DNA of 64,000 nt from assembly GCF_009914755.1 (NCBI RefSeq), contig NC_060948.1. One strand, written 5' to 3'. A program made the position numbers and the translations under genes. Under the pieces are notes generated by a model that searched no databases, was not told the origin of the DNA, and worked only from the letters and a program-made list of their open reading frames with translations. Below are positions 1 to 22,585 of the stretch, in pieces (within the stretch, counting starts at the first letter, position 1; each line of letters begins with the position of its first letter). The stretch is from the human T2T-CHM13v2.0 reference genome, Homo sapiens.

Positions 1-814
<814 letters not shown>

Positions 815-1385
815 AGATCCATATTTTTTAAATGAAAAAAAATTTCAAAGGTACTCTGCTTGGTACAATAATGAAATGTATAAACTGAGGAATAAAACAT
901 AACCATGAAACCTACTTATAAATGCATATGGAAAATACAGAGGATAATTTTTTAAATAACATATTTTGAAAGCCTTAACTAGTAATTTGAAGAGTTGGCA
1001 TTTGAAAGGCCAGTATGAATATACCTTCAAAGCAGCAACACAGGTTCCCCATGAGGAAAAGCAAACTCAGGGAAAATAAAACCACAAAGGTTCAATCTCT
1101 TCTGACCTTTGAAAGACACAGCACAGACAGTGGTCCTTAGGACGAAGAGCAGGAGACCCCTAATTCCGTCACCATGGCGATAGGGCATAAACATTGCTGG
1201 GTGAGGGCACAATCCACATTGTGAGGTCCAACTGCTGCCAGGAAGACAGGAGTGCTTTTACATAGACCGAAAGGTCATTGAAGGCTCAGAGTTTTGTTTC
1301 AAGAACTGAATCCCAAGCCCACACGTTATTAGGCTGCGCTTCTTAAAACAAGTTATGAGATGGGAAAAAGGGCACCCACAAACAT
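815..1385. repeat. HSATI-like segment of the DYZ2 unit (representative copy; recurs directly after every Alu, last copy truncated at 64000)
   Basis: ~570 bp of mixed composition between the Alu 5' end and the AT-rich tract. Size and position fit the HSATI component of DYZ2. The right boundary is approximate. Confidence 0.8.
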
Positions 1386-3232
<1,847 letters not shown>

Positions 3233-5357
3233 AGATCCATATTTTTTAAATGAAAAAAAATTTCAAAGGTACTCTGCTTGGTACAATAATGAAATGTATA
3301 AACTGAGGAATAAAACATAACCATGAAACCTACTTATAAATGCATATGGAAAATACAGAGGATAATTTTTTAAATAACATATTTTGAAAGCCTTAACTAG
3401 TAATTTGAAGAGTTGGCATTTGAAAGGCCAGTATGAATATACCTTCAAAGCAGCAACACAGGTTCCCCATGAGGAAAAGCAAACTCAGGGAAAATAAAAC
3501 CACAAAGGTTCAATCTCTTCTGACCTTTGAAAGACACAGCACAGACAGTGGTCCTTAGGACGAAGAGCAGGAGACCCCTAATTCCGTCACCATGGCGATA
3601 GGGCATAAACATTGCTGGGTGAGGGCACAATCCACATTGTGAGGTCCAACTGCTGCCAGGAAGACAGGAGTGCTTTTACATAGACCGAAAGGTCATTGAA
3701 GGCTCAGAGTTTTGTTTCAAGAACTGAATCCCAAGCCCACACGTTATTAGGCTGCGCTTCTTAAAACAAGTTATGAGATGGGAAAAAGGGCACCCACAAA
3801 CATACGTATACATTATGTATATAATAATATACAGTATCATATATATAATATATATAACCTATGTATAATATTGTTTTACATCCTGCATCTTATGTTATAT
3901 ATATTGTATAAAATATAATAATTGATAATATATAAGTTTTATATTTATACAATATGACATATAGTATATATTATAATTTATGACATATATAATATATGTT
4001 ATATATCATATATATAATATATTATACGGTTAATATACGTATTAAATATAAATTATACATTATATATATTATATATAATATATCTGTTATATATAATACC
4101 CATTATGCATAATATATATATTATGTCTATGATATATATAGTATAAAACAACATATAATAATATATAATTGTATATATAAAATGCGACATATAATATATA
4201 TTATATTTTATGACATATGTAATATATATTATATATTATATATAATGCGTTGTATGTATAATACCTATATTAAATATACATTACATGACTATGTTATTAA
4301 TTACATGTCACATGTGTTATATATTATTTATTTTACATAGAATATACCGGTTACATACAATATATAGTATGTTACCTATAATGTATAATTTATTACATGT
4401 AAAATAAAGAATGCAATATATTATGTATAATTTATAATATACAATATGTGGAATGTGATATATATAACATATAATATATGATATATGATATAGAGTATAT
4501 GATATATAACATACAATATATGATACCTAATATATATGATATACAATATATATTTTATGATATGTATTCTATATGTTATATATTCTGTTATATATAACTG
4601 TTTGAAATTATATATAACTGTATAATATTTTAGGTAAATATGTAATATAATATATATAACTTTATAATATATTATATATAACTATATATTATGTTATATA
4701 TACTTTTATAACATAATTTACATAAAATATCATAATATAATATATATTATATTATTTCTTATTACATAATATATATTACATATCACCCAATATAAGTAAC
4801 ATACATATTATAATATAGATTATATTATCTTATATTAAATATCATATATATCATGTATCATATATTCTATAATATATATTATACATTATATAATATGTAT
4901 GTTGTCTATTATGTGATATATATAACTATATATATAATTATATTATTATACATATAACTAGATAAACATGTAATTCTACATATTTTCATTTATAATATAT
5001 AGAATTATATAATCATATATAATTATTTATATTCTATAAAAAATTATATCATTATATAAATTATAATATATAAAAATTATAATATGTACTACAAACATAT
5101 ATATTATATATCATATATGATATAGTAACTTTGTTATATATCATAATACATATAAATGTGTATTATGTTATCTATAATTATATAATTTCATATATAAGAT
5201 GTATATTATGTATTATTTATTATATACGTTATGTAATATATATAGTATATATAAGCTGACAAAGGATAAATATTATATACTATGACATATAAAATATATG
5301 AGGTTATATGTTACATATAAGGCATAGCACATAACATGTAATATATATCATATATAA

Positions 5358-5649
<292 letters not shown>

Positions 5650-7777
5650 AGATCCATATTTTTTAAATGAAAAAAAATTTCAAAGGTACTCTGCTTGGTA
5701 CAATAATCAAATGTATAAACTGAGGAATAAAACATAACCATGAAACCTACTTATAAATGCATATGGAAAATCCAGAGGATAATTTTTTAAATAACATATT
5801 TTGAAAGCCTTAACTAGTAATTTGAAGAGTTGGCATTTGAAAGGCCAGTATGAATATACCTTCAAAGCAGCAACACAGGTTCCCCATGAGAAAAAGCAAA
5901 CTCAGGGAAAATAAAACCACAAAGGTTCAATCTCTTCTGACCTTTGAAAGACACAGCACAGACAGTGGTCCTTAGGACGAAGAGCAGGAGACCCCTAATT
6001 CCGTCACCATGGCGATAGGGCATAAACATTGCTGGGTGAGGGCACAATCCACATTGTGAGGTCCAAGTGCTGCCAGGAAGACAGGAGTGCTTTTACGTAG
6101 ACCGAAAGGTCATTGAAGGCTCAGAGTTTTGTTTCAAGAACTGAATCCCAAGCCCACACGTTATTAGGCTGCGCTTCTTAAAACAAGTTATGAGATGGGA
6201 AAAAGGGCACCCACAAACATACGTATACATTATGTATATAATAATATACAGTATCATATATATAATATATATAACCTATGTATAATATTGTTTTACATCC
6301 TGCATCTTATGTTATATATATTGTATAAAATATAATAATTGATAATATATAAGTTTTATATTTATACAATATGACATATAGTATATATTATAATTTATGA
6401 CATATATAATATATGTTATATATAATATATAGAATATATTATACGGTTAATATACGTATTAAATATAAATAATACATTATATATATTATATATAATATAT
6501 CTGTTATATATAATACCCATTATGCATAATATATATATTATGTCTATGTTATATATAGTATAAAACAACATATAATAATATATAATTGTATATATAAAAT
6601 GCGACATATAATATATATTATATTTTATGACATATGTAATATATATTATATATTATATATAATGCGTTGTATGTATAATACCTATATTAAATATATATTA
6701 CATGACTATGTTATTAATTACATGTCACATGTGTTATATATTATATATTTTACATAGAATATACCGGTTACAAACAATATATACTATGTTACCTATAATG
6801 TATAATTTATTACATGTAAAATAAAGAAAGCAATATATTATGTATAATTTATAATATACAATATGTGGAATGTGATATATATAACATATAATATATGATA
6901 TATGATATACAGTATATGATATATAACATACAATATATGATACCTAATATATATGGTATACAATATATATTTTATGATATGTATTCTCTATGTTTTATAT
7001 TCTGTTATATATAACTATTTGAAATTATATATAACTGTATAATATTTTATGTAAATATGTAATATAATATATATAACTATATAATATATTATATATAACT
7101 ATATATTATGTTATATATACTTTTTTAACATAATTTACATAAAATATCATAATATAATATATATTATATTATTTCATATTACTTAATATATATTACATAT
7201 CACCCAATATAAGTAACATACATAATATTATAATATAGATTATATTATGTTATATTAAATATCATATATATCATGTATCATACATTCTATAATATATATT
7301 ACACATTATATAATATGTATGTTGTCTATTATGTGATATATATAACTATATATATAATTATATTATTAAACATATAACTAGATAAACATGTAATTCTACA
7401 TATTTTCATTTATAATATATAGAATTATATAATCATATATAATTATTTATATTCTATAAAAAATTATATCATTATATAAAATATAATATATAAAAATTAT
7501 AATATGTACTACAAATATATATATTATATATCATATATGATATAGTACCTTTGTTATATATCATAATACATATAAATGTGTATTATGTTATCTATAATTA
7601 TATAATTTCATATATAAGATGTATAATATGTATCATATATTATATATGTTATGTAATATATATAGTATATATAAGATGACACAGGATAAATATTATATAC
7701 TATGACATATAAAATATATGAGGTTATATGTTACGTATAAGGCATAGCACATAACATGTAATATATATCATATATAA

Positions 7778-8069
7778 TTTTTTTTTAGACAGAATCTTGT
7801 CCTGTTGCACAGGGTGGGGTACAATGGCGCCATCTTTGCTCACTTCAACATCTGCCTCACGGGTCCAAGCGATTGTCCTCCCTCAGCCTCCCAGGTAGCT
7901 GGGACTACACCACACTGGGACTACAGCAGCTGCCACCATGCCTAGCTAATTTTTTGGATTTTTAGTAGTGACAGCGTTTCACTGTATTGGCCAGGATGGT
8001 CTTGATCTCTTCACCTTGTGATCCCCTTGCCTTGGCCTCCAAATTTGCTGGGATTACAGGCCTGAGCCA
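7778..8069 (-). mobile_element. Alu within DYZ2 unit, copy 4
   Basis: Near-identical to 523-814. Confidence 0.95.
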
Positions 8070-10174
8070 AGATCCATATTTTTTAAATGAAAAAAAATTT
8101 CAAAGGTACTCTGCTTGGTACAATAATCAAATGTATAAACTGAGGAATAAAACATAACCATGAAACCTACTTATAACTGCATATGGAAAATACAGAGGAT
8201 AATTTTTTAAATAACATATTTTGAAAGCCTTAACTAGTAATTTGAAGAGTTGGCATTTGAAAGGCCAGTATGAATATACCTTCAAAGCAGCAACACAGGT
8301 TCCCCATGAGAAAAAGCAAACTCAGGGAAAATAAAACCACAAAGGTTCAATCTCTTCTGACCTTTGAAAGACACAGCACAGACAGTGGTCCTTAGGACGA
8401 AGAGCAGGAGACCCCTAATTCCGTCACCATGGCGATAGGGCATAAACATTGCTGGGTAAGGGCCCAATCCACATTGTGAGGTCCAACTGCTGCCAGGAAG
8501 ACAGGAGTGCTTTTACATAGACCGAAAGGTCATTGAAGGCTCAGAGTTTTGTTTCAAGAACTGAATCCCAAGCCCACACGTTATTAGGCTGCGCTACTTA
8601 AAACAAGTTATGAGATGGGAAAAAGGGCACCCACAAACATACGTATACATTATGTATATAATAATATACAGTATCATATATATAATATATATAACCTATG
8701 TATAATATTGTTTTACATCCTGAGTCTTATGTTATATATATTGCATAAAATATAATAATTGATAATATATAAGTTTTATATTAATTCAATATGACATATA
8801 GTATATATTATAATTTATGACATATATAATATATGTTATATATCATATATAGAATATATTATACGGTTAATATACGTATTAAATATAAATTATACATTAT
8901 ATATATTATATATAATATATCTGTTATATATAATACCCATTATGCATAATATATATATTATGTCTATGTTATATATAGTATAAAACAACATATAATAATA
9001 TATAATTGTATATATAAAATGCGACATATAATATATATTATATTTTATGACATAAGTAATATATATTATATATTATATATAATACGTTGTATGTATAATA
9101 CCTATATTAAATATATATTATATGACTATGTTATTAATTACATGTCACATATGTTATATATTATATATTTTACATAGAATATACGGGTTACATACAATAT
9201 ATACTATGTTACTTATAATGTATAATTTATTACATGTAAAATAAAGAATGCAATATATTATGTATAATTCATAATATACAATATGTGGAATGTGATATAT
9301 ATAACATATAATATATGATATATGATATAGAGTATATGATATATAACATACAATATATGATACCTAATATATATGGTATACAATATATATTTTATGATAT
9401 GTATTCCATATGTTATATATTCTCTTATATATAACTGTTTGAAATTATATATAACTGCATAATATTTTAGGTAAATATGTAATATAATATATATAACTTT
9501 ATAATATATTATATATAACTATATATTATGTTATATATACTTTTATAACATAATTTACATAAAATATCATAATATAATATATATTATATTATTTCATGTT
9601 ACATAATATATCTTACATATCACCCAATATAAGTAACATACATAATATTATAATATAGATTATATTATGTTATATTAAATATCATATATATCATGTATCG
9701 TATATTCTATAATATATATTATACATTATATAATATGTATGTTGTCTATTATGTGATATATATAACTATATATATAATTATATTATTATACATATAACTA
9801 GATAAACATGTAATTCTACATATTTTCATTTATAATATATAGAATTATATAATCATATATAATTATTTATATTCTATAAAAAATTATATCATTATATAAA
9901 TTATAATATATAAAAATTATAATATGTACTACAAACATATATATTATATATCATATATGATATAGTACCTTTGTTATATATCATAATACATATAAATGTG
10001 TATTATGTTATCTATAATTATATAATTTCATATATAAGATGTATAATATGTATTATATATTATATATGTTATGTAATATATATAGTATATATAAGATGAC
10101 ACAGGATAAATATTATATACAATGACATATAAAATATATGAGGTTATATGTTACATATAAGGCATAGCACATAA

Positions 10175-10489
<315 letters not shown>

Positions 10490-12594
10490 AGATCCATATT
10501 TTTTAAATGCAAAAAAATTTCAAAGGTACTCTGCTTGGTACATTAATCAAATGTATAAACTGAGGAATAAAACATAACCATGAAACCTACTTATAACTGC
10601 ATATGGAAAATACAGAGGATAATTTTTTAAATAACATATTTTGAAAGGCTTAACTAGTAATTTGAAGAGTTGGCATTTGAAAGGCCAGTATGAATATACC
10701 TTCAAAGCAGCAACACAGGTTCCCCATGAGAAAAAGCAAACTCAGGGAAAATAAAAACATAAAGGTTCAATCTCTTCTGACCTTTGAAAGACACAGCACA
10801 GACAGTGGTCCTTAGGACGAAGAGCAGGAGACCCCTAATTCCGTCACCATGGCGATAGGGCATAAACACTGCTGGGTGAGGGCACAATCCACATTGTGAG
10901 GTCCAACTGCTGCCAGGAAGACAGGAGTGCTTTTACATAGACCGAAAGGTCATTGAAGGCTCAGAGTTTTGTTTCAAGAACTGAATCCCAAGCCCACACG
11001 TTATTAGGCTGCGCTTCTTAAAACAAGTTATGAGATGGGAAAAAGGGCACCCACAAACATACGTATACATTATGTATATAATAATATACAGTATCATATA
11101 TATAATATATATAACCTATGTATAATATTGTTTTACATCCTGCATCTTATAATATATATATGGTATAAAATATAATAATTGATAATATATATGTTTTATA
11201 TTTATACAATATGACATATAGTATATATTATAATTTATGACATATATAATATATGTTATATATCATATATAGAATATATTATACGGTTAATATACGTATT
11301 AAATATAAATTATACATTATATATATTATATATAATATATCTGTTATATATAATACCCATTATGCATAATATATATATTATGTCTATGTTATATATAGTA
11401 TAAAACAACATATAATAATATATAATTGTATATATAAAATGCGACATATAATATATATTATATTTTATGACATATGTAATATATATTATATATTATATAT
11501 AATACGTTGTATGTATAATACCTATATTAAATATATAATATATGACTATGTTATTAATTACATGTCACATATGTTATATATTATATATTTTACATAGAAT
11601 ATACCGGTTACATACAATATATACTATGTTACCTATAATGTATAATTGATTACATGTAAAATAAAGAATGCAATATATTATGTATAATTTATAATATACA
11701 ATATGTGGAATGTGATATATATAACATATAATATATGATATATGATATACAGTATATGATATATAACATACAATATATGATACCTAATATATATGGTATA
11801 CAATATATATTTTATGTTATGTATTCTATATGTTTTATATTCTGTTATATATAACTATTTGAAATTATATATAACTGTATAATATTTTATGTAAATATGT
11901 AATATAATATATATAACTATAAAATATATTATATATAACTATATATTATGTTATATATACTTTTATAACATAATTTACATAAAATATCATAATATAATAT
12001 ATATTATATTATTTCACATTACATAATATATATTACATATCACCCAATATAAGTAACATACATAATATTATAATATAGATTATATTATGTTATATTAAAT
12101 ATCATATATATCATGTATCATATATTCTATAATATATATTATACATTATATAATATGTATGTTGTCCATTATGTGATATATATAACTATATATATAATTA
12201 TATTATTATACATATAACTAGATAAACATGTAATTCTACATATTTTCATTTATAATATATAGAATTATATAATCATATATAATTATTTATATTCTATAAA
12301 AAATTATATCATTATATAAATTATAATATATAAAAATTATAAGATGTACTACAAATATATATATTATATATCATATATGATATAGTACCTTTGTTATATA
12401 TCATAATACATATAAATGTGTATTATGTTATCTATAATTTTATAATTTCATATATAAGATGTATAATATGTATTATATATTGTATATGTTATGTAATATA
12501 TATAGTATATATAAGCTGACACAGGATAAATATTATATACTATGACATATAAAATATATGAGGTTATATGTTACATATAAGGCATAGCACATAA

Positions 12595-12909
<315 letters not shown>

Positions 12910-15014
12910 AGATCCATATTTTTTAAATGAAAAAAAATTTCAAAGGTACTCTGCTTGGTACAATAATCAAATGTATAAACTGAGGAATAAAACATAACCA
13001 TGAAACCTACTTATAACTGCATATGGAAAATACAGAGGATAATTTTTTAAATAACATATTTTGAAAGCCTTAAGTAGTAATTTGAAGAGTTGGCATTAGA
13101 AAGGCCAGTATGAATATACCTTCAAAGCAGCAACACAGGTTCCCCATGAGAAAAAGCAAACTCAGGGAAAATAAAACCACAAAGGTTCAATCTCTTCTGA
13201 CCTTTGAAAGACACAGCACAGACAGTGGTCCTTAGGACGAAGAGAAGGAGACCCCTAATTCCGTCACCATGGCGATAGGGCATAAACATTGCTGGGTGAG
13301 GGCACAATCCACATTGTGAGGTCCAACTGCTGCCAGGAAGACAGGAGTGCTTTTACATATACCGAAACGTCATTGAAGGCTCAGAGTTTTCTTTCAAGAA
13401 CTGAATCCCAAGCCCACACGTTATTAGGCTGCGCTTCTTAAAACAAGTTATGAGATGGGAAAAAGGGCACCCACAAACATACGTATACATTATGTATATA
13501 ATAATATACAGTATCATATATATAATATATATAACCTATGTATAATATTGTTTTACATCCTGCATCTTCTGTTATATATATTGTATAAAATATAATAATT
13601 GATAATATATAATTTTTATATATATACAATATGACATATAGTATATATTATAATTTATGACATATATAATATATGTTATGTATCATATATAGAATATATT
13701 ATACGGTTAATATACGTATTAAATATAAATTATACATTATATATATTATATATAATATATCTGTTATATATAATACCCATTATGCATAATATATATATTA
13801 TGTCTATGTTATATATAGTATAAAACAACACATAATAATATACAATTGTATATATAAAATGCGACATATAATATATATTATATTTTATGACATATGTAAT
13901 ATATATTATATATTATATATAATACGTTGTAGGTATAATTCCTATATTAAATATATATTATAGGACTATGTTATTAATTACATGTCACATATGTTATATA
14001 TTATATATTTTACATAGAATATACCGGTTACATACAATATATACTATGTTACCTATAATGTATAATTTATTACATGTAAAATAAAGATTGCAATATACTA
14101 TGTATAATTTATAGTATACAATATGTGGATTGTGATATATATAACATATAATATATGATATATGATATACAGTATATGATATATAACATACAATATATGA
14201 TACCTAATATATATGGTATACAATATATATTTTATGATATGTATTCTCTATGTTTTATATTCTGTTATATATAACTATTTGAAATTATATATAACTGTAT
14301 AATATTTTATGTAAATATGTAATATAATATATATAACTATATAATATATTATATATAACTATATATTATGTTATATATAGTTTTATAACATAATTTACAT
14401 AAAATATCATAATATAATATATATTATATTATTTCATATTACATAATATATATTACATATCACCCAATATAAGTAACATACATAATATTATAATATAGAT
14501 TATATTATGTTATATTAAATATCATATATATCATGTATCATATATTCTATAATATATATTACACATTATATAATATGTATGTTGTCTATTATGTGATATA
14601 TAGAACTATATATATAATTATATTATTATACATATAACTACATAAACATGTAATTCTACATATTTTCATTTATAATATATAGAATTATATAATCATATAT
14701 AATTATTTATATTCTATAAAAAATTATATCATTATATAAATTATAATATATAAAAATTATAATATGTACTACAAACTGATATATTATATATCATATATGA
14801 TACAGTACCTTTGTTATACATCATATAACATATAAATGTGTATTATGTCATCAATAATTATATAATTACATACATAAGATGTATAATATGTATTATATAT
14901 TATATATGTTATGTAATATATATAGTATATATAAGCTGACACAGCATAAATATTATATACTATGACATATAAAATATATGAGGTTATATGTTACATATAA
15001 GGCATAGCACATAA

Positions 15015-15329
<315 letters not shown>

Positions 15330-17457
15330 AGATCCATATTTTTTAAATGAAAAAAAATTTCAAAGGTACTCTGCTTGGTACAATAATCAAATGTATAAAC
15401 TGAGGAATAAAACATAACCATGAAACCTACTTATAACTGCATACGAAAAATGCAGAGGATAATTTTTTAAATAACATATTTTGAAAGCCTTAACTAGTAA
15501 TTTGAAGAGTTGGCATTTGAAAGGCCAGGATGAATATACCTTCAAAGCAGCAACACAGGTTCCCCATGAGAAAAAGCAAACTCAGGGAAAATAAAACCAC
15601 AAAGGTTCAATCTCTTCTGACCTTTGAAAGACACAGCACAGACAGTGGTCCTTAGGACGAAGAGCAGGAGACCCCTAATTCCGTCACCATGGCGATAGGG
15701 CATAAACATTGCTGGGTGAGGGCACAATCCACATTGTGAGGTCCAACTGCTGCCAGGAAGACAGGAGTGCTTTTACATAGACCGAAAGGACATTGAAGGC
15801 TCAGAGTTTTGTTTCAAGAACTGAATCCCAAGCCCACACGTTATTAGGCTGCGCTTCTTAAAACAAGTTATCAGATGGGAAAAAGGGCACCCACAAACAT
15901 ACGTATACATTATGTATATAATAATATACAGTATCATATATATAATATATATAACCTATGTATAATATTGTTTTACATCCTGCATCTTATCTTATATATA
16001 TTGTATAAAATATAATAATTGATAATATATAAGTTCTATATTTATACAATATGACATATAGTATATATTATAATTTATGTCATATATAATATATGATATA
16101 TATCATATATAGAATATATTATACGGTTAATATACGTATTAAATATAAATTATACATTATATATATTATATATAATATATCTCTTATATATAATACCCAT
16201 TATGCATAATATATATATTATGTCTATGTTATATATAGTATAAAACAACACATAATAATATATAATTGTATGTATAAAATGCGACATATAATAGATAATA
16301 TATTTTATGACATATGTAATATATATTATATATTATATATAATACGTTGTATGTATAATACCTATATTAAATATATATTATATGACTATGTTATTAATTA
16401 CATGTCACATATGTTATATATTATATATTTTACATAGAATATACCGGTTACATACAATATATACTATGTTACCTATAATGTACAATTTATTACATGTAAA
16501 ATAAAGAATGCAATATATTATGTATAATTTATAATATACAATATGTGGAATGTGATATATATAACATATAATATATGATATATGATATACAGTATATGAT
16601 ATATAACATACAATATATGATACCTAATATATATGGTCTACAATATATATTTTATGATATGTATTCTATATGTTTTATATTCTGTTATATATAACTATTT
16701 GAAATTATATATAACTGTATAATATTTTATGTAAATATGTAATATAATATATATAACTATATAATATATTATATATAACTATATATTATGTTATATATAC
16801 TTTTATAACATAATTTACTTAAAATATCATAATATAATATATATTATATTATTTCATATTACATAATATATATTACATATCACCCAATATAAGTAACATA
16901 CATAAGATTATAATATAGATTATATTATGTTATATTAAATATCATATATATTATGTATCATATATTCTATAATATATATTATACATTATATAATATGTAT
17001 GTTGTCTATTATGTGATATATATGACTAAATATATAATTATATTATTATACATATAACTAGATAAACATGTAATTCTACATATTTTCATTTATAATATAT
17101 AGAATTATATAATCATATATAATTATTTATATTCTATAAAAAATTATATCATTATATAAATTATAATATATAAAAATTATAATATGTACTACAAATATAT
17201 ATATTATATATCATATATGATATAGTACCTTTGTTATATATCATATTACATATAAATGTGTATTATGTCATCTATAATTATATAATTTCATACATAAGAT
17301 GTATAATATGTATTATATATTTTATATGTTATGTAATATATATTGTATATATAAGATGACACAGGATAAATATTATATACTATGACATATAAAATATATG
17401 AGGTTATATGTTACATATAAGGCATAGCACATAACATGTAATATATATCATATATAA

Positions 17458-17749
<292 letters not shown>

Positions 17750-19853
17750 AGATCCATATTTTTTAAATGAAAAAAAATTTCAAAGGTACTCTGCTTGGTA
17801 CAATAATCAAATGTATAAACTGAGGAATAAAACATAACCATGAAACCTACTTATAACTGCATATGGAAAATACAGAGGATAATTTTTTAAATACCATATT
17901 TTGAAAGCCTTAACTAGTAATTTGAAGAGTTGGCATTTGAAAGGCCAGTATGAATATACCTTCAAAGCAGCAACACAAGTTCCCCATGAGAAAAAGCAAA
18001 CTCAGGGAAAATAAAACCACAAAGGTTCAATCTCTTCTGACCTTTGAAAGACACAGCACAGACAGTGGTCCTTAGGACGAAGAGCAGGAGACCCCTAATT
18101 CCGTCACCATGGCGATAGGGCATAAACATTGCTGGGTGAGGGCACAATCCACATTGTGAGGTCCAACTGCTGCCAGGAAGACAGGAGTGCTTTTACATAG
18201 ACCGAAAGGTCATTGAAGGCTCAGAGTTTTGTTTCAAGAACTGAATCCCAAGCCCACACGTTATTAGGCTGCGCTTCTTAAAACAAGTTATGAGATGGGA
18301 AAAAGGGCACCCACAAACATACGTATACATTATGTATATAATAATATACAGTATCATATGTATAATATATATAACCTATGTATAATATTGTTTTACATCC
18401 TGCATCTTATATTATATATATTGTATAAAATATAATAATTGATAATATATAAGTTTTATATTTATACAATATGACATATAGTATATATTATAATTTATGA
18501 CATATATAATATATGTTATATATCATATATAGAATATATTATACGGTTAATATACGTATTAAATATAAATTATACATTATATATATTATATATAATATAT
18601 CTGTTATATATAATACCCATTATGCATAATATATATATTATGTCTATGTTATATATAGTATAAAACAACACATAATAATATATAATTGTATATATAAAAT
18701 GCGACATATAATATATATTATATTTTATGACATATGTAATATATATTATATATTATATATAATACTTTGTATGTATAATACCTATATTAAATATATATTA
18801 TATTACTATGTTATTAATTACATGTCACATATGTTATATATTATATATTTTACATAGAATATACCGGTTACATACAATATATACTATGTTACCTATAATG
18901 TATAATTTATTACATGTAAAATAATGAATGCAATATATTATGTATAATTTAAAATATACAATATGTGGAATGTGATATATGTAACATATAATATATGATA
19001 GAGGATATACAGTATATGATATATAACATACAATATATGATATCTAATATATATGGTATACAATATATATTTTATGATATGTATTCTATATGTTTTATAT
19101 TCTGTTATATATAACTATTTGAAATTATATATAACTGTATAATATTTTATGTAAATATGTAATATAATATATATAACTATATAATATATTATATATAACT
19201 ATATATTATGTTATATATACTTTTATAACATAATTTACTTAAAATATCATAATATAATATATACTATATTATTTCATATTACATAATATATATTACATAT
19301 CACCCAATATAAGTAACATACATAAGATTATAATATAGATTATATTATGTTACATTAAATATCATATATATCATGTATCATATATTCTATAATATATATA
19401 TACATTATATAATATGTATGTTGTCTATTATGTGATATATATAACTATAAATATAATTATATTATTATACATATAACTAGATAAACATGTAATTCTACAT
19501 ATTTTCATTTATAATATATAGAATTATATAATCATATATAATTATTTATATTCTATAAAAAATTATATCATTATATAAATTATAATATATAAAAATTATA
19601 ATATGTACTACAAACAGATATATTATATATCATATATGATATAGTACCTTTGTTATATATCATATTACATATAAATGTGTATTATGTCATCTATAATTAT
19701 ATAATTTCATATATAAGTTGTATAATATGTATTATATATTTTATATGTTATGTAATATATATTGTATATGTAAGATGACACAGGATAAATATTATATACT
19801 ATGACATATAAAATATATGAGGTTATATGTTACATATAAGGCATAGCACATAA

Positions 19854-20168
<315 letters not shown>

Positions 20169-22270
20169 AGATCCATATTTTTTAAATGAAAAAAAATTTC
20201 AAAGGTACTCTGCTTGGTACAATAATCAAATGTATAAACTGAGGAATAAAACATAACCATGAAACCTACTTATAACTGCATACGGAAAATACAGAGGATA
20301 ATTTTTTAAATAACATATTTTGAAAGCCTTAACTAGTAATTTGAAGAGTTGGCATTTGAAAGGCCAGTATGAATATACCTTCAAAGCAGCAACACAGGTT
20401 CCCCATGAGAAAAAGCAAACTCAGGGAAAATAAAACCACAAAGGTTCAATCTCTTCTGACCTTTGAAAGACACAGCACAGACAGTGGTCCTTAGGACGAA
20501 GAGCAGGAGAACCCTAATTCCGTCACCATGGCGATAGGGCATAAGCATTGCTGGGTGAGGGCACAATCCACATTGTGAGGTCCAACTGCTGCCAGGAAGA
20601 CAGGAGTGCTATTACATACACCGAAAGGTCATTGAAGGCTCAGAGTTTTGTTTCAAGAACTGAATCCCAAGCCCACACGTTATTAGGCTGCGCTTCTTAA
20701 AACAAGTTATGAGATGGGAAAAAGGGCACCCACAAACATATGTATACATTATGTATATAATAATATACAGTATCATATATATAATATATATAACCTATGT
20801 ATAATATTGTTTTACATCCTGCATCTTTTATTATATATATTGTATAAAATATAATAATTGATAATATATGTTTCATATTTATACAATATGACTTATAGAT
20901 ATATTATAATTTATGACATATATAATATATGTTATATATCATATATAGAATATATTATACGGTTAATATACGTATTAAATATAAATTATATATTATATAT
21001 ATTATATATAATATATCTGTTATATATAATACCCATTATGCATAATATATATATTATGTCTATGTTATATATAGTATAAAACAACACATAATAATATACA
21101 ATTGTATATATAAAATGCGACATATAATATATATTATATTTTATGACATATGTAATATATATTATATATTATATATAATACGTTGTAGGTATAATTCCTA
21201 TATTAAATATATATTATAGGACTATGTTATTAATTACATGTCACATATGTTATATATTATATATTTTACATAGAATATACCGGTTACATACAATATATAC
21301 TATGTTACCTATAATGTATAATTTATTACATGTAAAATAAAGATTGCAATATACTATGTATAATTTATAGTATACAATATGTGGATTGTGATATATATAA
21401 CATATAATATATGATATATGATATACAGTATATGATATATAACATACAATATATGATACCTAATATATATGGTATACAATATATATTTTATGATATGTAT
21501 TCTCTATGTTTTATATTCTGTTATATATAACTATTTGAAATTATATATAACTGTATAATATTTTATGTAAATATGTAATATAATATATATAACTATATAA
21601 TATATTATATATAACTATATATTATGTTATATATAGTTTTATAACATAATTTACATAAAATATCATAATATAATATATATTATATTATTTCATATTACAT
21701 AATATATATTACATATCACCCAATATAAGTAACATACATAATATTATAATATAGATTATATTATGTTATATTAAATATCATATATATCATGTATCATATA
21801 TTCTATAATATATATTACACATTATATAATATGTATGTTGTCTATTATGTGATATATAGAACTATATATATAATTATATTATTATACATATAACTACATA
21901 AACATGTAATTCTACATATTTTCATTTATAATATATAGAATTATATAATCATATATAATTATTTATATTCTATAAAAAATTATATCATTATATAAATTAT
22001 AATATATAAAAATTATAATATGTTTTACAAATATATATATTATATATCATATATGATATAGTACCTTTGTTATATATCATAATACATATAAATGTGTATT
22101 ATGTTATCTATAATTATATAAATTCATATATAAGATGTATAATATGTATCATATATTATATATGTTATGTAATATATATAGTATATATAAGCTGACACAG
22201 GATAAATATTATATACTATGACATATAAAATATATGAGGTTATATGTTACATATAAGGCATAGCACATAA

Positions 22271-22585
<315 letters not shown>

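Noticed and set aside
1027-1212. 61-aa minus-strand ORF (MCPHPAMF...) open in all 26 complete copies
   Set aside because: It starts at a non-ATG codon (TTG), resembles no protein I recognise, and its variants are mostly non-synonymous. Persistence is expected from the very high identity between units, not from selection.
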